Origin: a virus
Length of the DNA stretch: 64,000 nt
Virus record (IMG/VR): IMGVR_UViG_3300025699_000004
Reading direction: 5' to 3' (one strand)
The notes beneath the pieces are model-generated. The model searched no databases. It saw only the letters and a list, made by a program, of their open reading frames with translations, and was not told where the DNA came from. Position numbers and translations under genes: made by a program. Position 1 is the stretch's first letter. Every line of letters begins with the position of its first letter. Below, one piece after another: positions 1 through 9,331 of the stretch.

Positions 1-322
1 GAGTAGGTGTTGGAGTGGGAGTAGGTGTTGGAGTGGGAGTAGGTGTTGGAGTGGGAGTAGGTGTTGGAGTGGGAGTAGGTGTTGGAGTAGGTGTTGGAGT
101 GGGAGTAGGTGTTGGAGTGGGAGTAGGTGTTGGAGTGGGAGTAGGTGTTGGAGTGGGAGTAGGTGTTGGAGTGGGAGTAGGTGTTGGAGTAGGTGTTGGA
201 GTGGGAGTAGGTGTTGGAGTGGGAGTAGTTGTTGGAGTGGGAGTAGTTGTTGGAGTAGGTGTTGGAGTAGGTGTTGGAGTAGGTGCAGGTGTTAGAGTGG
301 GTGTAGGAGTAGGTGTTGGAGT
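1..322. repeat. Tandem 18-nt/12-nt repeat (gagtaggtgttggagtgg) encoding (Thr-Pro)n on the minus strand
   Basis: Directly visible near-perfect tandem array. Shorter degenerate TP tracts occur at about 657-700 and 765-860. Confidence 0.95.
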
Positions 323-1513
323 ATATTGAGGGTCACATGTGTTATCAAAAACAAGATTATCTTCTCCTCCCATATATCCGTCTGCGATGGATTGATAACT
401 TACCACTCCATAATCACCAAAAACTTTAAATATCACATCGCCCCAATACCACGTATATATTTTACCGTCTCGACCCTTTATATTAAACTGATAACCACTT
501 CCACTTGATTCATCAATTTGTATTAAAGCTTCTTTACCATGATTTAAAATAGTAAACGGATGGCTACTCGGTATATTCTTTAAAATGAAAGTGCCTACAT
601 TGGTTTTATATTTACCATAATTACCATTAAATATATAATGATCTCCCGCACTAATCGTAGGCGTCGGAGTAGGTGTTGGAGTGGGCCAAGGTGTGGGGCC
701 AACATTAGCAATTGTTACTAAATTATCATTATTTGGATCTAAGCAATAAGGGGGAAGTTGAGTGGGGGTTGGTGTCGGTGTTGGAGTGGGAGTAGGTGTC
801 GGAGTGGGAGTTGGGACGATGGTTAACGTAGGAGTCCAAGGTGTCGGAGTCGGTTGAGGGCAATGAGCGTATTTGGGATCATTTTCTTCTCCTGCAGGTA
901 TATTGAAACAACTTATGATATCATCTTGATCTTCATCGCAACCATCATCTTGAGCTCCTATTACCTCGTTACCGCTTGTAAATGTACCTGTTTTTCCATC
1001 ATCGCTAGTATGTAAAGTCCCCGCATTATTAACTCTTGATCCAGTACTACCTTCTGTAATAGTTCCTGTACTCCCCCTGCCTCCACCAGATACAGCTCTA
1101 CCGCCGCCCGTTGTTCTGGAAGGAACTCCCGCTCCTGTTTCTGAAGCTTTTCCTTGAACATTAGAAGTTACAGAATTTATGCCTGTACTATCACACTGTT
1201 CTTCAACTAAACTTCCACTTTCTGTATTTTGAACAGTTCCTGAAACTCCCCCTAAATTACCTGTTGCCTTTAGAGTGCTTCCAGAACTTCTGCTTGCCGC
1301 CCCGCTACCCCCTGTAGTGCTACTAATTTCATCTATTCCAGATGCTCTAGAACCTCTTTCTGAAATTAAATCCAAAGTCCCGTTGGATGCAGTTACTTTT
1401 TTATCAGCCTTAGGTTGTAAATTTCCTGAGCCTGCACCGCCTGCACCTCCACCGCCACCTCTCGATGTATTAGTGGTACTCCTTGTTGTTGCAGTTGCTC
1501 TTCCTCTAGCCAT
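1..1513 (-). CDS. Pro/Thr-repeat (mucin-like) putative virion protein, truncated by the window edge
   Basis: Missing from the ORF track because it has no stop in the window. I read it manually: ATG at 1513 overlaps the upstream TAA (TAATG) and the frame stays open to position 1. It has a Gly/Ser/Thr-rich N-terminus ([23 protein letters not shown]), three TP-repeat tracts and a globular domain ([12 protein letters not shown]...[31 protein letters not shown]). Confidence 0.85.
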   Translation of the reverse strand, partial: MARGRATATTRSTTNTSRGGGGGAGGAGSGNLQPKADKKVTASNGTLDLISERGSRASGIDEISSTTGGSGAASRSSGSTLKATGNLGGVSGTVQNTESGSLVEEQCDSTGINSVTSNVQGKASETGAGVPSRTTGGGRAVSGGGRGSTGTITEGSTGSRVNNAGTLHTSDDGKTGTFTSGNEVIGAQDDGCDEDQDDIISCFNIPAGEENDPKYAHCPQPTPTPWTPTLTIVPTPTPTPTPTPTPTPTPTQLPPYCLDPNNDNLVTIANVGPTPWPTPTPTPTPTISAGDHYIFNGNYGKYKTNVGTFILKNIPSSHPFTILNHGKEALIQIDESSGSGYQFNIKGRDGKIYTWYWGDVIFKVFGDYGVVSYQSIADGYMGGEDNLVFDNTCDPQYTPTPTPTPTLTPAPTPTPTPTPTPTTTPTPTTTPTPTPTPTPTPTPTPTPTPTPTPTPTPTPTPTPTPTPTPTPTPTPTPTPTPTPTPTPTPTPTPTPTPTPTPTPT

Positions 1514-1980
1514 TATGAATAAAGTCTAAATTTAACACTAATAACTGATTTTTTTGAAATTATTCCATTAATCCAAAATCGGCAGTATTTATGATTTAAC
1601 GGCGCATAATTTAATACACCTTCTATATTCTGTGGAGTTCCAAATGTTCTTACCTGCCTATGAAAAAGAGGTTCAAAACTTGTTTTTAAATAAGCATTTT
1701 TCACCTCCTGTGGGTGACTAATATCAAAAATATCATTCGGCTCAGGGTCTGTATTAGAAACGAGAAGGCGAAGATCCATATTACATAACTCATCTTCATT
1801 GAAATCTAATTGATAAGACCAGTGCCTATTATTCATGCAAGGATAAATAGGGCTATAAGCGCCGTATTTAAAATTATCCGCTCTGTATATAACTTTTCCA
1901 CCCCTTCTATCATTCCAGGGATGGTAGAATTGAAAGTCTATTTCAGCCCCAACTCGCTGTGATATGGAAATATTTGACAT
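1513..1980 (-). CDS. Hypothetical protein
   Basis: 155-aa ORF with a GAGGT Shine-Dalgarno upstream; its stop is coupled to the next start (TAATG). Confidence 0.75.
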   Translation of the reverse strand: MSNISISQRVGAEIDFQFYHPWNDRRGGKVIYRADNFKYGAYSPIYPCMNNRHWSYQLDFNEDELCNMDLRLLVSNTDPEPNDIFDISHPQEVKNAYLKTSFEPLFHRQVRTFGTPQNIEGVLNYAPLNHKYCRFWINGIISKKSVISVKFRLYS

Positions 1981-1994
1981 ACCTCATCAAGCTA

Positions 1995-2735
1995 TTAAGC
2001 TGTGTGTTTCTCGATTACTTTTAAAGAATTAAGAGCGTTGCACCAGCTTCCAGTATGTGGAGCGGAACCTTTGTAGCCATCTCCTCCAACATTTCCGTAA
2101 ACATACCAAGGTTCAGAACCATCAGTGAATGGCAGGAGATCATCAGCTTCGATACCGAAATACATTCCAGGCTCTATTCTAAATTTAGCCCACTTGTAAC
2201 TCCATACATCTGAATATAAAATACCCTGAGGATAACTCAAGTCAAACCAAGAGCTATCTGTTGTACCCCATCCAATTCTAGCACTAAATGTAGGTATCCA
2301 GTTCTTTGGCTCCTCTTCATTAGTACCTAAAACGGTAAAGTTTAATGCCATTGCTGGGTCGTATTGATTAGGAGGAAGTCCAAAATTAGCTGTTCTACCT
2401 GCATTTGTTGAGGCGTGACGAGGATGATGCCCACTAGTAAAATACAAAAAATCTTCGTTCGGTTCGATTTTGGGAGGGTTCCCGACGGAGTCAAGATTTT
2501 CGTTTCCATCTTCATCAAATTTCCAATTAAAATTAGATGGTTTCGTTACGACATCTGGGTTTAAAGATACTTGGTAGGAATGGTTTAGGAAATTATCTGT
2601 ATAGAAAGGCTTGCTCTCTACATAATCATTTCTCACTACCGCTCCTATAACATCTCCTGAAGCCATACCGTTCCCACTATAAATAGCGGTAACTGGATCT
2701 GGTCCGATTGTTTCTGATACTTCTACTCTAGACAT
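1995..2735 (-). CDS. Hypothetical protein (possibly virion-associated)
   Basis: 246-aa ORF preceded by the GTGTA motif; first gene of the leftward unit. Confidence 0.75.
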   Translation of the reverse strand: MSRVEVSETIGPDPVTAIYSGNGMASGDVIGAVVRNDYVESKPFYTDNFLNHSYQVSLNPDVVTKPSNFNWKFDEDGNENLDSVGNPPKIEPNEDFLYFTSGHHPRHASTNAGRTANFGLPPNQYDPAMALNFTVLGTNEEEPKNWIPTFSARIGWGTTDSSWFDLSYPQGILYSDVWSYKWAKFRIEPGMYFGIEADDLLPFTDGSEPWYVYGNVGGDGYKGSAPHTGSWCNALNSLKVIEKHTA

Positions 2736-2767
2736 AATATTTTATGGGTTCAACTCTTGTACTTAGT

Positions 2768-2844
2768 TACACAAGAATTATACATAGAATAGTTTTTTTT
2801 TAAACTTTAATATATTTCAATAAAATAAAGTGTATATAGTATAT
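2768..2844. promoter_or_regulatory. Divergent pair of GTGTA putative phage late-promoter motifs
   Basis: Minus strand GTGTAACTAAGTA (2772->2768) lies upstream of 2735. Plus strand GTGTATATAGTATAT (2830-2844) lies 10 nt before the ATG at 2845. Confidence 0.45.
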
Positions 2845-3069
2845 ATGTCAACATCTAAAACTATACCCTCTAAGATTAGTTCGGCGAGTTCGATGAACTC
2901 TTCTAGCCTTAGTTATTTTTATATTACGGCAATACTTTCTTCAACAAATATAACAATCGACGGTGGTTCATCATTATCCGTTTCAGCTATTAATCTTACT
3001 TCCCCTATAAGATGCAAGAAGTTTACTAGCACTAATCCTGGCGAAGTAGCTTACTACGAGTCAAATTAG
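2845..3069 (+). CDS. Small Ser/Thr-rich hypothetical protein
   Basis: The track ORF begins at GTG 2830, but ATG 2845 (MSTSKTIP) is preferred because 2830 is the GTGTA motif. The stop overlaps the nrdB stop by 4 nt. Confidence 0.6.
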   Translation: MSTSKTIPSKISSASSMNSSSLSYFYITAILSSTNITIDGGSSLSVSAINLTSPIRCKKFTSTNPGEVAYYESN

Positions 3070-4091
3070 AAATCGTCTTCTAAAGATCCGCTTTGTTGAT
3101 ATTCCCTCACTCTTCTTTCAAAGAAGTTACCCATAGCCTGGACATCTACTACCTCACCTAACCATGGAAACGGGTTGTTGTCGCTAGGGAATCTATAGTC
3201 TAATCCTATAGCTTCAAGCCTTCGATTGCCTATGTAATGCATATAGTCTACAAACATTTCTGCATTGAGTCCCAATATTCCAGTTGGTAATACATCGTGA
3301 GCGTAAGCTATTTCAAGCTCCACAGCTTTTTTAATATGTTCCACAAATTCGTCTTGAATTTTTTTAGTCCAAATAGAGGGGTTTTGTTCGATCAAAGTAT
3401 TAATTAGATACGTTCCAAATGCAATATGAGAACTCTCATCTCTTAAAGTGTATTTTATTTGATCAGAGATGCCCTGAAGTTTGTTCTGTCTTCCTAAAGC
3501 CAATAACATGGCAAAGCCGCTGAAAAAGAAAGTTCCTTCACATACTATCCAGTAAGTTAAAAAATTTCGCAAAATTTCTTGTTTCCCTGCTTTTGTGTTA
3601 GGATTGAAATCTTGCCCACTAATGTCATTAGTAATTGACATTAAGAAATCATCTTTAGCTTTTATGCTCGGGATTGTTTCGTATGCTGTGAAAACCTCTT
3701 CGACATCCAAGTCCAAGCTGTCACATATATATACGACGGTAAGGTTATGAAGGCTTTCTTCAAAAGCTTGGCGCAGAATATATTGACGACACTCAGCGTC
3801 CGTAACAAATCTGAAAGCAGAAAGAAGCAGGTTATTACCAACCAAAGACTCGCTTCCAGCAAAAAATCCAAGGCACCGCTTAACCAAAAGTTTTTCGTCG
3901 TCTGTAATTTCATTATTTTTCCATTGCTTGATGTCGTCCTGCATGCTTATTTCTGTAGGCATCCAGTTGTTCGCACAGCTTTTTAAGAATAAATCCCATG
4001 CATATTTATGCTTATGTGGTAATATTCTATTAACCCCAGCTGTATTTTCTGTGAGAAGTTCTCCTGTTTTAGTATCCATAATATATAACAA
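3066..4091 (-). CDS. nrdB: Ribonucleotide reductase small (beta/R2) subunit, class Ic-like (lacks radical Tyr)
   Basis: Ferritin-like metal ligands FFAGSE, EESLH, VCEG and RDESSH, with C-terminal NFFERRVREY. It closely parallels Chlamydia-type R2 as I recall it. The H+4 position is Val. Confidence 0.95.
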   Translation of the reverse strand: MLYIMDTKTGELLTENTAGVNRILPHKHKYAWDLFLKSCANNWMPTEISMQDDIKQWKNNEITDDEKLLVKRCLGFFAGSESLVGNNLLLSAFRFVTDAECRQYILRQAFEESLHNLTVVYICDSLDLDVEEVFTAYETIPSIKAKDDFLMSITNDISGQDFNPNTKAGKQEILRNFLTYWIVCEGTFFFSGFAMLLALGRQNKLQGISDQIKYTLRDESSHIAFGTYLINTLIEQNPSIWTKKIQDEFVEHIKKAVELEIAYAHDVLPTGILGLNAEMFVDYMHYIGNRRLEAIGLDYRFPSDNNPFPWLGEVVDVQAMGNFFERRVREYQQSGSLEDDF

Positions 4092-4093
4092 CG

Positions 4094-4122
4094 ATTATAA
4101 CATTAAAAAAGTTCTTTTGCAA
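4094..4122 (-). promoter_or_regulatory. Sigma70-like promoter upstream of nrdB
   Basis: TTGCAA-N17-TATAAT with a TGn extended -10 on the minus strand. Confidence 0.65.
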
Positions 4123-4130
4123 GCTTAAAA

Positions 4131-4700
4131 TTATTTTATTCTAACCTCTTTCCAGAAGACTTTATTGTCGGCAACCAGATTTTTTATCTGTTTTTGTTTC
4201 GAGCTCAACTGACTTTCGCCGCTTTTTACTTCTATGAATGTAATTCCATCGTCATTAAAGGATATATAATCTATAGGCTTACCTAAGAAAGTACAGGTTT
4301 CTGGGTCGAAATCAAACTGATCTAAAAATGGAGCTAATGTCTCTGCTATATGTCCCAGCCTTACTTCACTACTTTTCTTTTGGGATAAAATTTTCTTTCT
4401 ATCTTCGCTTTCTTTTAGAAATTTAGCCTCCATCTCAGAGAATTTAGTTAAAAAAACTTCTTCTTTTTTGATTAAATCTTGTTTTTTTTCATCTATTAAT
4501 TTTTGTTCCGAAGCTGAAGAATCTTTCAATGCCTGCATTGCAGAAGAATAATATTCCTCCATGACTGATTGGTCTTTGCTCAGCTGATTTAAAACTTCCT
4601 CGTGGGAAATTTTCAGATTAGACGTCTTGCTTTTGAAAAAAAAGTATACAAAGAAAACTAAGCAAAATAACGCCAGATTTAAAAAGATCCAAAAATCCAT
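4131..4700 (-). CDS. Membrane-anchored PD-(D/E)xK nuclease, Holliday-junction-resolvase-like (Endonuc_Holl-like)
   Basis: N-terminal hydrophobic helix and coiled coil, then SEVRLGHIAETLAPF...FLGKPIDYISF...FIEVKSGESQLSSKQKQIK. Confidence 0.8.
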   Translation of the reverse strand: MDFWIFLNLALFCLVFFVYFFFKSKTSNLKISHEEVLNQLSKDQSVMEEYYSSAMQALKDSSASEQKLIDEKKQDLIKKEEVFLTKFSEMEAKFLKESEDRKKILSQKKSSEVRLGHIAETLAPFLDQFDFDPETCTFLGKPIDYISFNDDGITFIEVKSGESQLSSKQKQIKNLVADNKVFWKEVRIK

Positions 4701-4704
4701 AGAT

Positions 4705-5139
4705 TTATCTTTTCGAACTTGGTATGGCGTAAAAACCTACTATCATAAAACAAAGATCCATAAAGGAAGCTAAGAGCAATCCACCCGTTAACGTTACCAC
4801 ATCCCAATCTTTACTGCCAAAAATCCAACCAAAAAAACCAACGCTAGAGGAATCTCCCTTTGGAACTATCACTTGGTATGAAATATGAGGGTTGGTTGCA
4901 TAATATATCATTAGATAACACATAGTAAGAGTTATGCTTAGAAATAATATTCTTCTTGTGACTTTTACAAAAGCATCTGTGGAGTTTTTTGACTGATTTT
5001 GAATCAAGGCATTCATCATTTCAGAATCTCTGGAAGCAAGGATCATTTGATCTTGGCGTTTTTGATCTAGCCACGCATTAATTAGATTGGCAACTAATTT
5101 TATCCCGCATCCAATTATTGTATTTAAAATTGGACCCAT
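4705..5139 (-). CDS. Small membrane protein, possibly holin-like
   Basis: 144 aa with 2-3 hydrophobic segments and a basic C-terminus. The holin call rests on layout only. Confidence 0.5.
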   Translation of the reverse strand: MGPILNTIIGCGIKLVANLINAWLDQKRQDQMILASRDSEMMNALIQNQSKNSTDAFVKVTRRILFLSITLTMCYLMIYYATNPHISYQVIVPKGDSSSVGFFGWIFGSKDWDVVTLTGGLLLASFMDLCFMIVGFYAIPSSKR

Positions 5140-5148
5140 TACATTTAT

Positions 5149-5346
5149 TTATTTTACAGAATCATAATCAGACTTACTGCAAAATTTAGCTAAATTAGTT
5201 CCATCTTCGTCTTTAGCTTTAAAGCCATATCTGATAGTCTTTTTTCCCGCTTTAGAGACTTTTTCATAAGTGACTTTTTTTACATCTGATGTCGAGATTT
5301 TGACCTTAACTTTTTTCTTTACATTATAAAATTCTATCGTATTCAT
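5149..5346 (-). CDS. Small basic hypothetical protein
   Basis: 65-aa Lys-rich ORF in the operon (IEFYNVKKK...RYGFKA...TNLAKFCSKSDYD). Confidence 0.7.
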   Translation of the reverse strand: MNTIEFYNVKKKVKVKISTSDVKKVTYEKVSKAGKKTIRYGFKAKDEDGTNLAKFCSKSDYDSVK

Positions 5347-5890
5347 TATTAATATAAGTTGTGTATCCTGATTTTTTTTCTAATATTTGTTTAATGTTAA
5401 TTACACTAGTTTTTGAGTTTGTTCTTGTTTTTAAATTAGGTATTGTGCAACTATAAGTATTTGAAAAGAAATATTCAATTAATTCGTCTTGGCTATTGTA
5501 TATTTTTTCATGTTCAGGCAGTAAGGGTTTGCAGTTTTTAAGGTCGAATTCTAAGTCGGGTAAAGATAGATCGAGAGTATCTTCAGTCGGAAGGAAAGAT
5601 AAATAAATTTCTAGTCTATTGTTTATGCTGTATAAGTACCAAATTAATTTTTGGACTTGTTTTATTTTTTCTTCGTCGTAAGAGTTCATTAAACCAAAAT
5701 GTAGCAAAGATACATCCGAGCATTCTATTGTGTTTTTAAGATTATAATCCCCTAGAAGGCAATCTAGAAAACTAACTGGACATTCCGCTTTTTGAAAAGA
5801 AACTTTAAACTGAAGGGCATTTAGAATATCATTATATAAATTTAAATGATTTTCGCCAATCAATAGAGTGCTTTTATTGACAGCTCTCAC
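5324..5890 (-). CDS. Hypothetical protein
   Basis: 188-aa ORF with a GTG start overlapping the end of nrdA. Confidence 0.7.
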   Translation of the reverse strand: MRAVNKSTLLIGENHLNLYNDILNALQFKVSFQKAECPVSFLDCLLGDYNLKNTIECSDVSLLHFGLMNSYDEEKIKQVQKLIWYLYSINNRLEIYLSFLPTEDTLDLSLPDLEFDLKNCKPLLPEHEKIYNSQDELIEYFFSNTYSCTIPNLKTRTNSKTSVINIKQILEKKSGYTTYINNEYDRIL

Positions 5891-8315
5891 AAGACTCTCC
5901 GTTTTTCATGGCTTCTATACTGCATGCAGAAGGCTCTTCTTTCGATTGGTTGGTTTCGGTTGAAGTGGATTTCTCTATTTTAGACGCAGCTCTGTTTCTT
6001 AAATAGTAAGTCGTTTTTAACCCAGCTTCCCAGCAAGACATATAGATATCATTTAAATATTTCAAAGAAGTTTCTTTGTTGTATAAGTTGAAGCTGATGG
6101 CTTGATCTATCCATTTTTGCCTAACTGCATTACATTGTATTAATTTAAACATATCCCTATCGAAAGCTGTTTTGTATTTTAATTTTATCCAATCGGGAAT
6201 ATCTCCATTTAATACAGAAAGATCTCCGTCAGCATCTTTAACTAGTTTTGCTGTATTGGAATTCCACAACCCCTCATTCTTCATATCGTTTATGAAATGT
6301 TGATTAGTTATGTAGAAATTACCACTCTTGTTCTCGTAAACAAACAACACAGAGAAATTAGGCTCAACACTTTGCTCCACCCCGTTTATATAACCTATGG
6401 TTGCTGTGGGAGCAATAGCCATTACATTAGAGTTCCTCATTCCGAACTCTTTGATATGAGCTCTTACCTCGACCCAATCTAATAAAGATTTAACATTCGA
6501 ACTCTTGCCTTTGTATTTCATTAGATCCGAGTAAGAATCAATTGGCAGCTTGTTTTTACTCCACAATGACCCTTCGTATGTTTCATACGACCCTTTCTCT
6601 TTAGCAAGTAGAGAGCTAGCAAGAATAGAGTGATAAGAATAAAACTCAAACAATTCATCATTAAATTTAATAGCTTCATCACTATCAATATTTATATTCA
6701 TTCGATGTAATACGTCATGCAACGCCATCATTCCTAGGCCAATAGGTCTGTTTTTTAAATTAGAGTTGCTAGCTTCTTTTGTGGGGTAAAAATTCAAATC
6801 TATTACATTGTCTAATGCTCTAATAGCTGTATGAATTGTATTTTTTAATTTTTCGTAATCAATCGTATTATCATCATTCATATGATTGAGGATATTGATT
6901 GAGCCAAGATTGCAAACCGCCGTTTCTCCGATTTCAGTCTTCTCTCCAGACTTATATTTAGAGGCTTTTGTGTGAAGAGTGATTTCCGTACAAAGATTGC
7001 TGCTGTGAACCACTCCTTCGTGTTGATTTGTGTATCGTATGTTGCACGGGTCTTTAAAAGTATTCCACGGGTGAGAGGTTTCGAATAATACTTTAAGCAT
7101 TTTTTTCCACAATTCTTTAGCAGTAGTTTTTCTGTAATTTTTTATCAAACCTTCTTCCGCTTGGTTGCATAAGTATAAATATCTATCATCAAACTCTTTA
7201 CCGAAGCAATCATGAAGATTTTTTCCTCCATCATGTTCGGTGTCTTTTGGGTCAAAGAAATACCAGTCATCTTCATTCTGAACCCTACGCATAAATTCAT
7301 CAGGAATCCAAGATGCTGTATTCATGTCGTGACAACGCAAGCGATCATCACCAGTGTTTCTCCTTAAGTTAAGGAAATCTTCATAGTCTAAATGCCAAGG
7401 CTCAAGATAAGCGCATCCCGCCCCAGGCCTTTTCCCACCTTGATTAACTGCAACAAGAAGATCGTTGTAAATTTTTAGCCAAGGAATTAAACCTCCAGAT
7501 GTACCATTTGTACCCTTAATATGAGAGCCTGAAGACCTGAACGGAGTAACATCAAAGCCTAATCCTCCTGCAAATTTTGACTTGCGAGCCTCTTGCCATG
7601 CCCCATCAAAGATGCCATCAATGCTATCGTCAAAAGTATTAAGATAGCAAGAGCTTAATTGGGAATGTGTGGATCCGCTATTAAAAAGAGTAGGAGTGGA
7701 AGATGTGTACAAAAACTGACTAAACATGTCATATATTTTAATCGCACTTTCTTCTTTGTCTTCTTCATTTAAAGATAGACCCATTGCTACTCTCATCCAA
7801 AAACATTGAGGAGCTTCCATTATTTTGTCGTCTTGCCTGATGAAGTATCTATCAGCTAAAATCTGAATACCTAAGTATTTAAAAGATTCATCTCTTTTAA
7901 TCCTTATCGCTTCTGACAATTTCTCGAGATCAAACTCGAGCATCTTTGGGTTGAGCTTTTCTAGCTTTACTAATTTTTTTATATTTTGTATGAAACTTTT
8001 TCTGTATTGAAGCCTAAATGTATCTGAGTCAACTCCTTCTTTAAAAACTTCTTTGTATATAGTATTTAATAATAACCTAGCACCTGCAAAACTATAGTTT
8101 GGCTCTTTTTCTATTTTCTCTCTAGCGGAAAGGATGAGAGCTGTATCTATTTGAGTTGTTGTTATCTTGTCGAAAAGTTGCAACTGGGCATCTAGCACAA
8201 TCTCGCTAGCGGATACATCTTCTATATTCTCACAAGCTCTCTGCACACATGCATTAATTTTATCAACTTGGAATTCTTGCAATCTTCCGTTTCTTTTTTT
8301 TACAAATATTTCCAT
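5874..8315 (-). CDS. nrdA: Class I ribonucleotide reductase large (alpha) subunit with N-terminal ATP cone
   Basis: VKKRNG ATP cone, STPTLFNSG, SSCYL, SSNLCTEI, VCNLGS, MAIAPTAT, KTTYYLR and C-terminal CESCQ. Confidence 0.97.
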   Translation of the reverse strand: MEIFVKKRNGRLQEFQVDKINACVQRACENIEDVSASEIVLDAQLQLFDKITTTQIDTALILSAREKIEKEPNYSFAGARLLLNTIYKEVFKEGVDSDTFRLQYRKSFIQNIKKLVKLEKLNPKMLEFDLEKLSEAIRIKRDESFKYLGIQILADRYFIRQDDKIMEAPQCFWMRVAMGLSLNEEDKEESAIKIYDMFSQFLYTSSTPTLFNSGSTHSQLSSCYLNTFDDSIDGIFDGAWQEARKSKFAGGLGFDVTPFRSSGSHIKGTNGTSGGLIPWLKIYNDLLVAVNQGGKRPGAGCAYLEPWHLDYEDFLNLRRNTGDDRLRCHDMNTASWIPDEFMRRVQNEDDWYFFDPKDTEHDGGKNLHDCFGKEFDDRYLYLCNQAEEGLIKNYRKTTAKELWKKMLKVLFETSHPWNTFKDPCNIRYTNQHEGVVHSSNLCTEITLHTKASKYKSGEKTEIGETAVCNLGSINILNHMNDDNTIDYEKLKNTIHTAIRALDNVIDLNFYPTKEASNSNLKNRPIGLGMMALHDVLHRMNINIDSDEAIKFNDELFEFYSYHSILASSLLAKEKGSYETYEGSLWSKNKLPIDSYSDLMKYKGKSSNVKSLLDWVEVRAHIKEFGMRNSNVMAIAPTATIGYINGVEQSVEPNFSVLFVYENKSGNFYITNQHFINDMKNEGLWNSNTAKLVKDADGDLSVLNGDIPDWIKLKYKTAFDRDMFKLIQCNAVRQKWIDQAISFNLYNKETSLKYLNDIYMSCWEAGLKTTYYLRNRAASKIEKSTSTETNQSKEEPSACSIEAMKNGESCESCQ

Positions 8316-8350
8316 GAATTTAGGGTGGGTTTTAATGTTTTAATACATTA

Positions 8351-8379
8351 ATGATAACACAAAAAAAACTTTAAATCAA
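8351..8379 (-). promoter_or_regulatory. Sigma70-like promoter upstream of nrdA
   Basis: TTGATT-N17-TATCAT with a TGn extended -10 on the minus strand. Confidence 0.55.
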
Positions 8380-8389
8380 GCTTTTTTTA

Positions 8390-9331
8390 TTAACATCTGG
8401 AATCGGCTTCTTTTTTGTTTGGCAAATACCACTTTAAAGTTTTCCTAAGTCCCTCTTGGAAAGTGATTGGGGCAAATCCTGGAAATACTTTAGCCATTCG
8501 AGAAACATCTAGAACTTTTCTCGCCACTCCATTTGGTTTAGATGTGTCCCATTCTAGAGCCCCTTTAAATCCCAAGTTTTTAGCGACGATTTCAGCCAAC
8601 TCTTTTATGGATGTTCCTATTCCAGTGCCTATATTGATAGGTTTTAAGTCGTGATTTAATTCGATTGACATAGCTAAGGCTTTAGCCGCATCACCTACAT
8701 ATATAAATTCTCTTTCGGGAGTTCCATCCCCCCAGTTTACTATTTTTTCTGACCCTTTTTCTATCTCATCGGAAAAGCGTTTGATTAATGCCGCTACAAC
8801 ATGAGATCTGTAGGCGGTAAAAACATCATCTTCTCCGTAAAGGTTTGTTAAAATTAAATGATTTCCCTTTAATCCATATTGTTTGTAATATGCATTTTGA
8901 GCAATCAGCTGGATCTTCTTGGAAGACCCGTAAGCCTCAACGGTTTCGTGGAATTCCCCGTTCCAAAAGTCGTCTTCACTCATGTTTCCGTCTACCAAAG
9001 CTGGGTAGGCACACGCCGACCCTACTGCTACAACCTTATCTACCCCACATTCGGCAGCCGCCTTATAGAGATTAGCTGTCATTAATGTGTTGTTATTAAA
9101 AAGGTTAGCTGGTTCGGAATTGCATATTCCTATCCCTCCGTAATACGCTGCTGAATGAACAATAACTTCTGGATTATTATTTTTTAAAAATTTTTTTAAA
9201 TTTTCAATATCGTAGAGATCCATCTCTTTGGATCTTGGGAATAAAACTTCATAACCAAGATTCATGCATTCATCGACAATCCTTCTTCCTAAAAAGCCGC
9301 TTCCCCCTGTAACTAAAACTTTTTTATACAT
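8390..9331 (-). CDS. fcl: GDP-L-fucose synthase (GDP-4-keto-6-deoxymannose epimerase/reductase)
   Basis: VTGGSGFLG, HSAAYYGGI, GSACAYP, YGSSK, LTNLYGEDD, SHVVAALI, WGDGTPEREF, DTSKPNG. Start placed at ATG 9331 (MYKKVL); the track extends to 9343. Confidence 0.9.
   Translation of the reverse strand: MYKKVLVTGGSGFLGRRIVDECMNLGYEVLFPRSKEMDLYDIENLKKFLKNNNPEVIVHSAAYYGGIGICNSEPANLFNNNTLMTANLYKAAAECGVDKVVAVGSACAYPALVDGNMSEDDFWNGEFHETVEAYGSSKKIQLIAQNAYYKQYGLKGNHLILTNLYGEDDVFTAYRSHVVAALIKRFSDEIEKGSEKIVNWGDGTPEREFIYVGDAAKALAMSIELNHDLKPINIGTGIGTSIKELAEIVAKNLGFKGALEWDTSKPNGVARKVLDVSRMAKVFPGFAPITFQEGLRKTLKWYLPNKKEADSRC

Noticed and set aside
15-329. Plus-strand (Gly-Val)n ORF in the track
   Set aside because: It is the antisense shadow of the (Thr-Pro)n tract of the minus-strand gene starting at 1513. 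The ORFs at 326..508, 961..1161 and 1275..1529 are also shadows or off-frame.
5874-8315. Intron or intein in nrdA, a common phage insertion site
   Set aside because: The ORF is continuous at 813 aa with all catalytic motifs at normal spacing.
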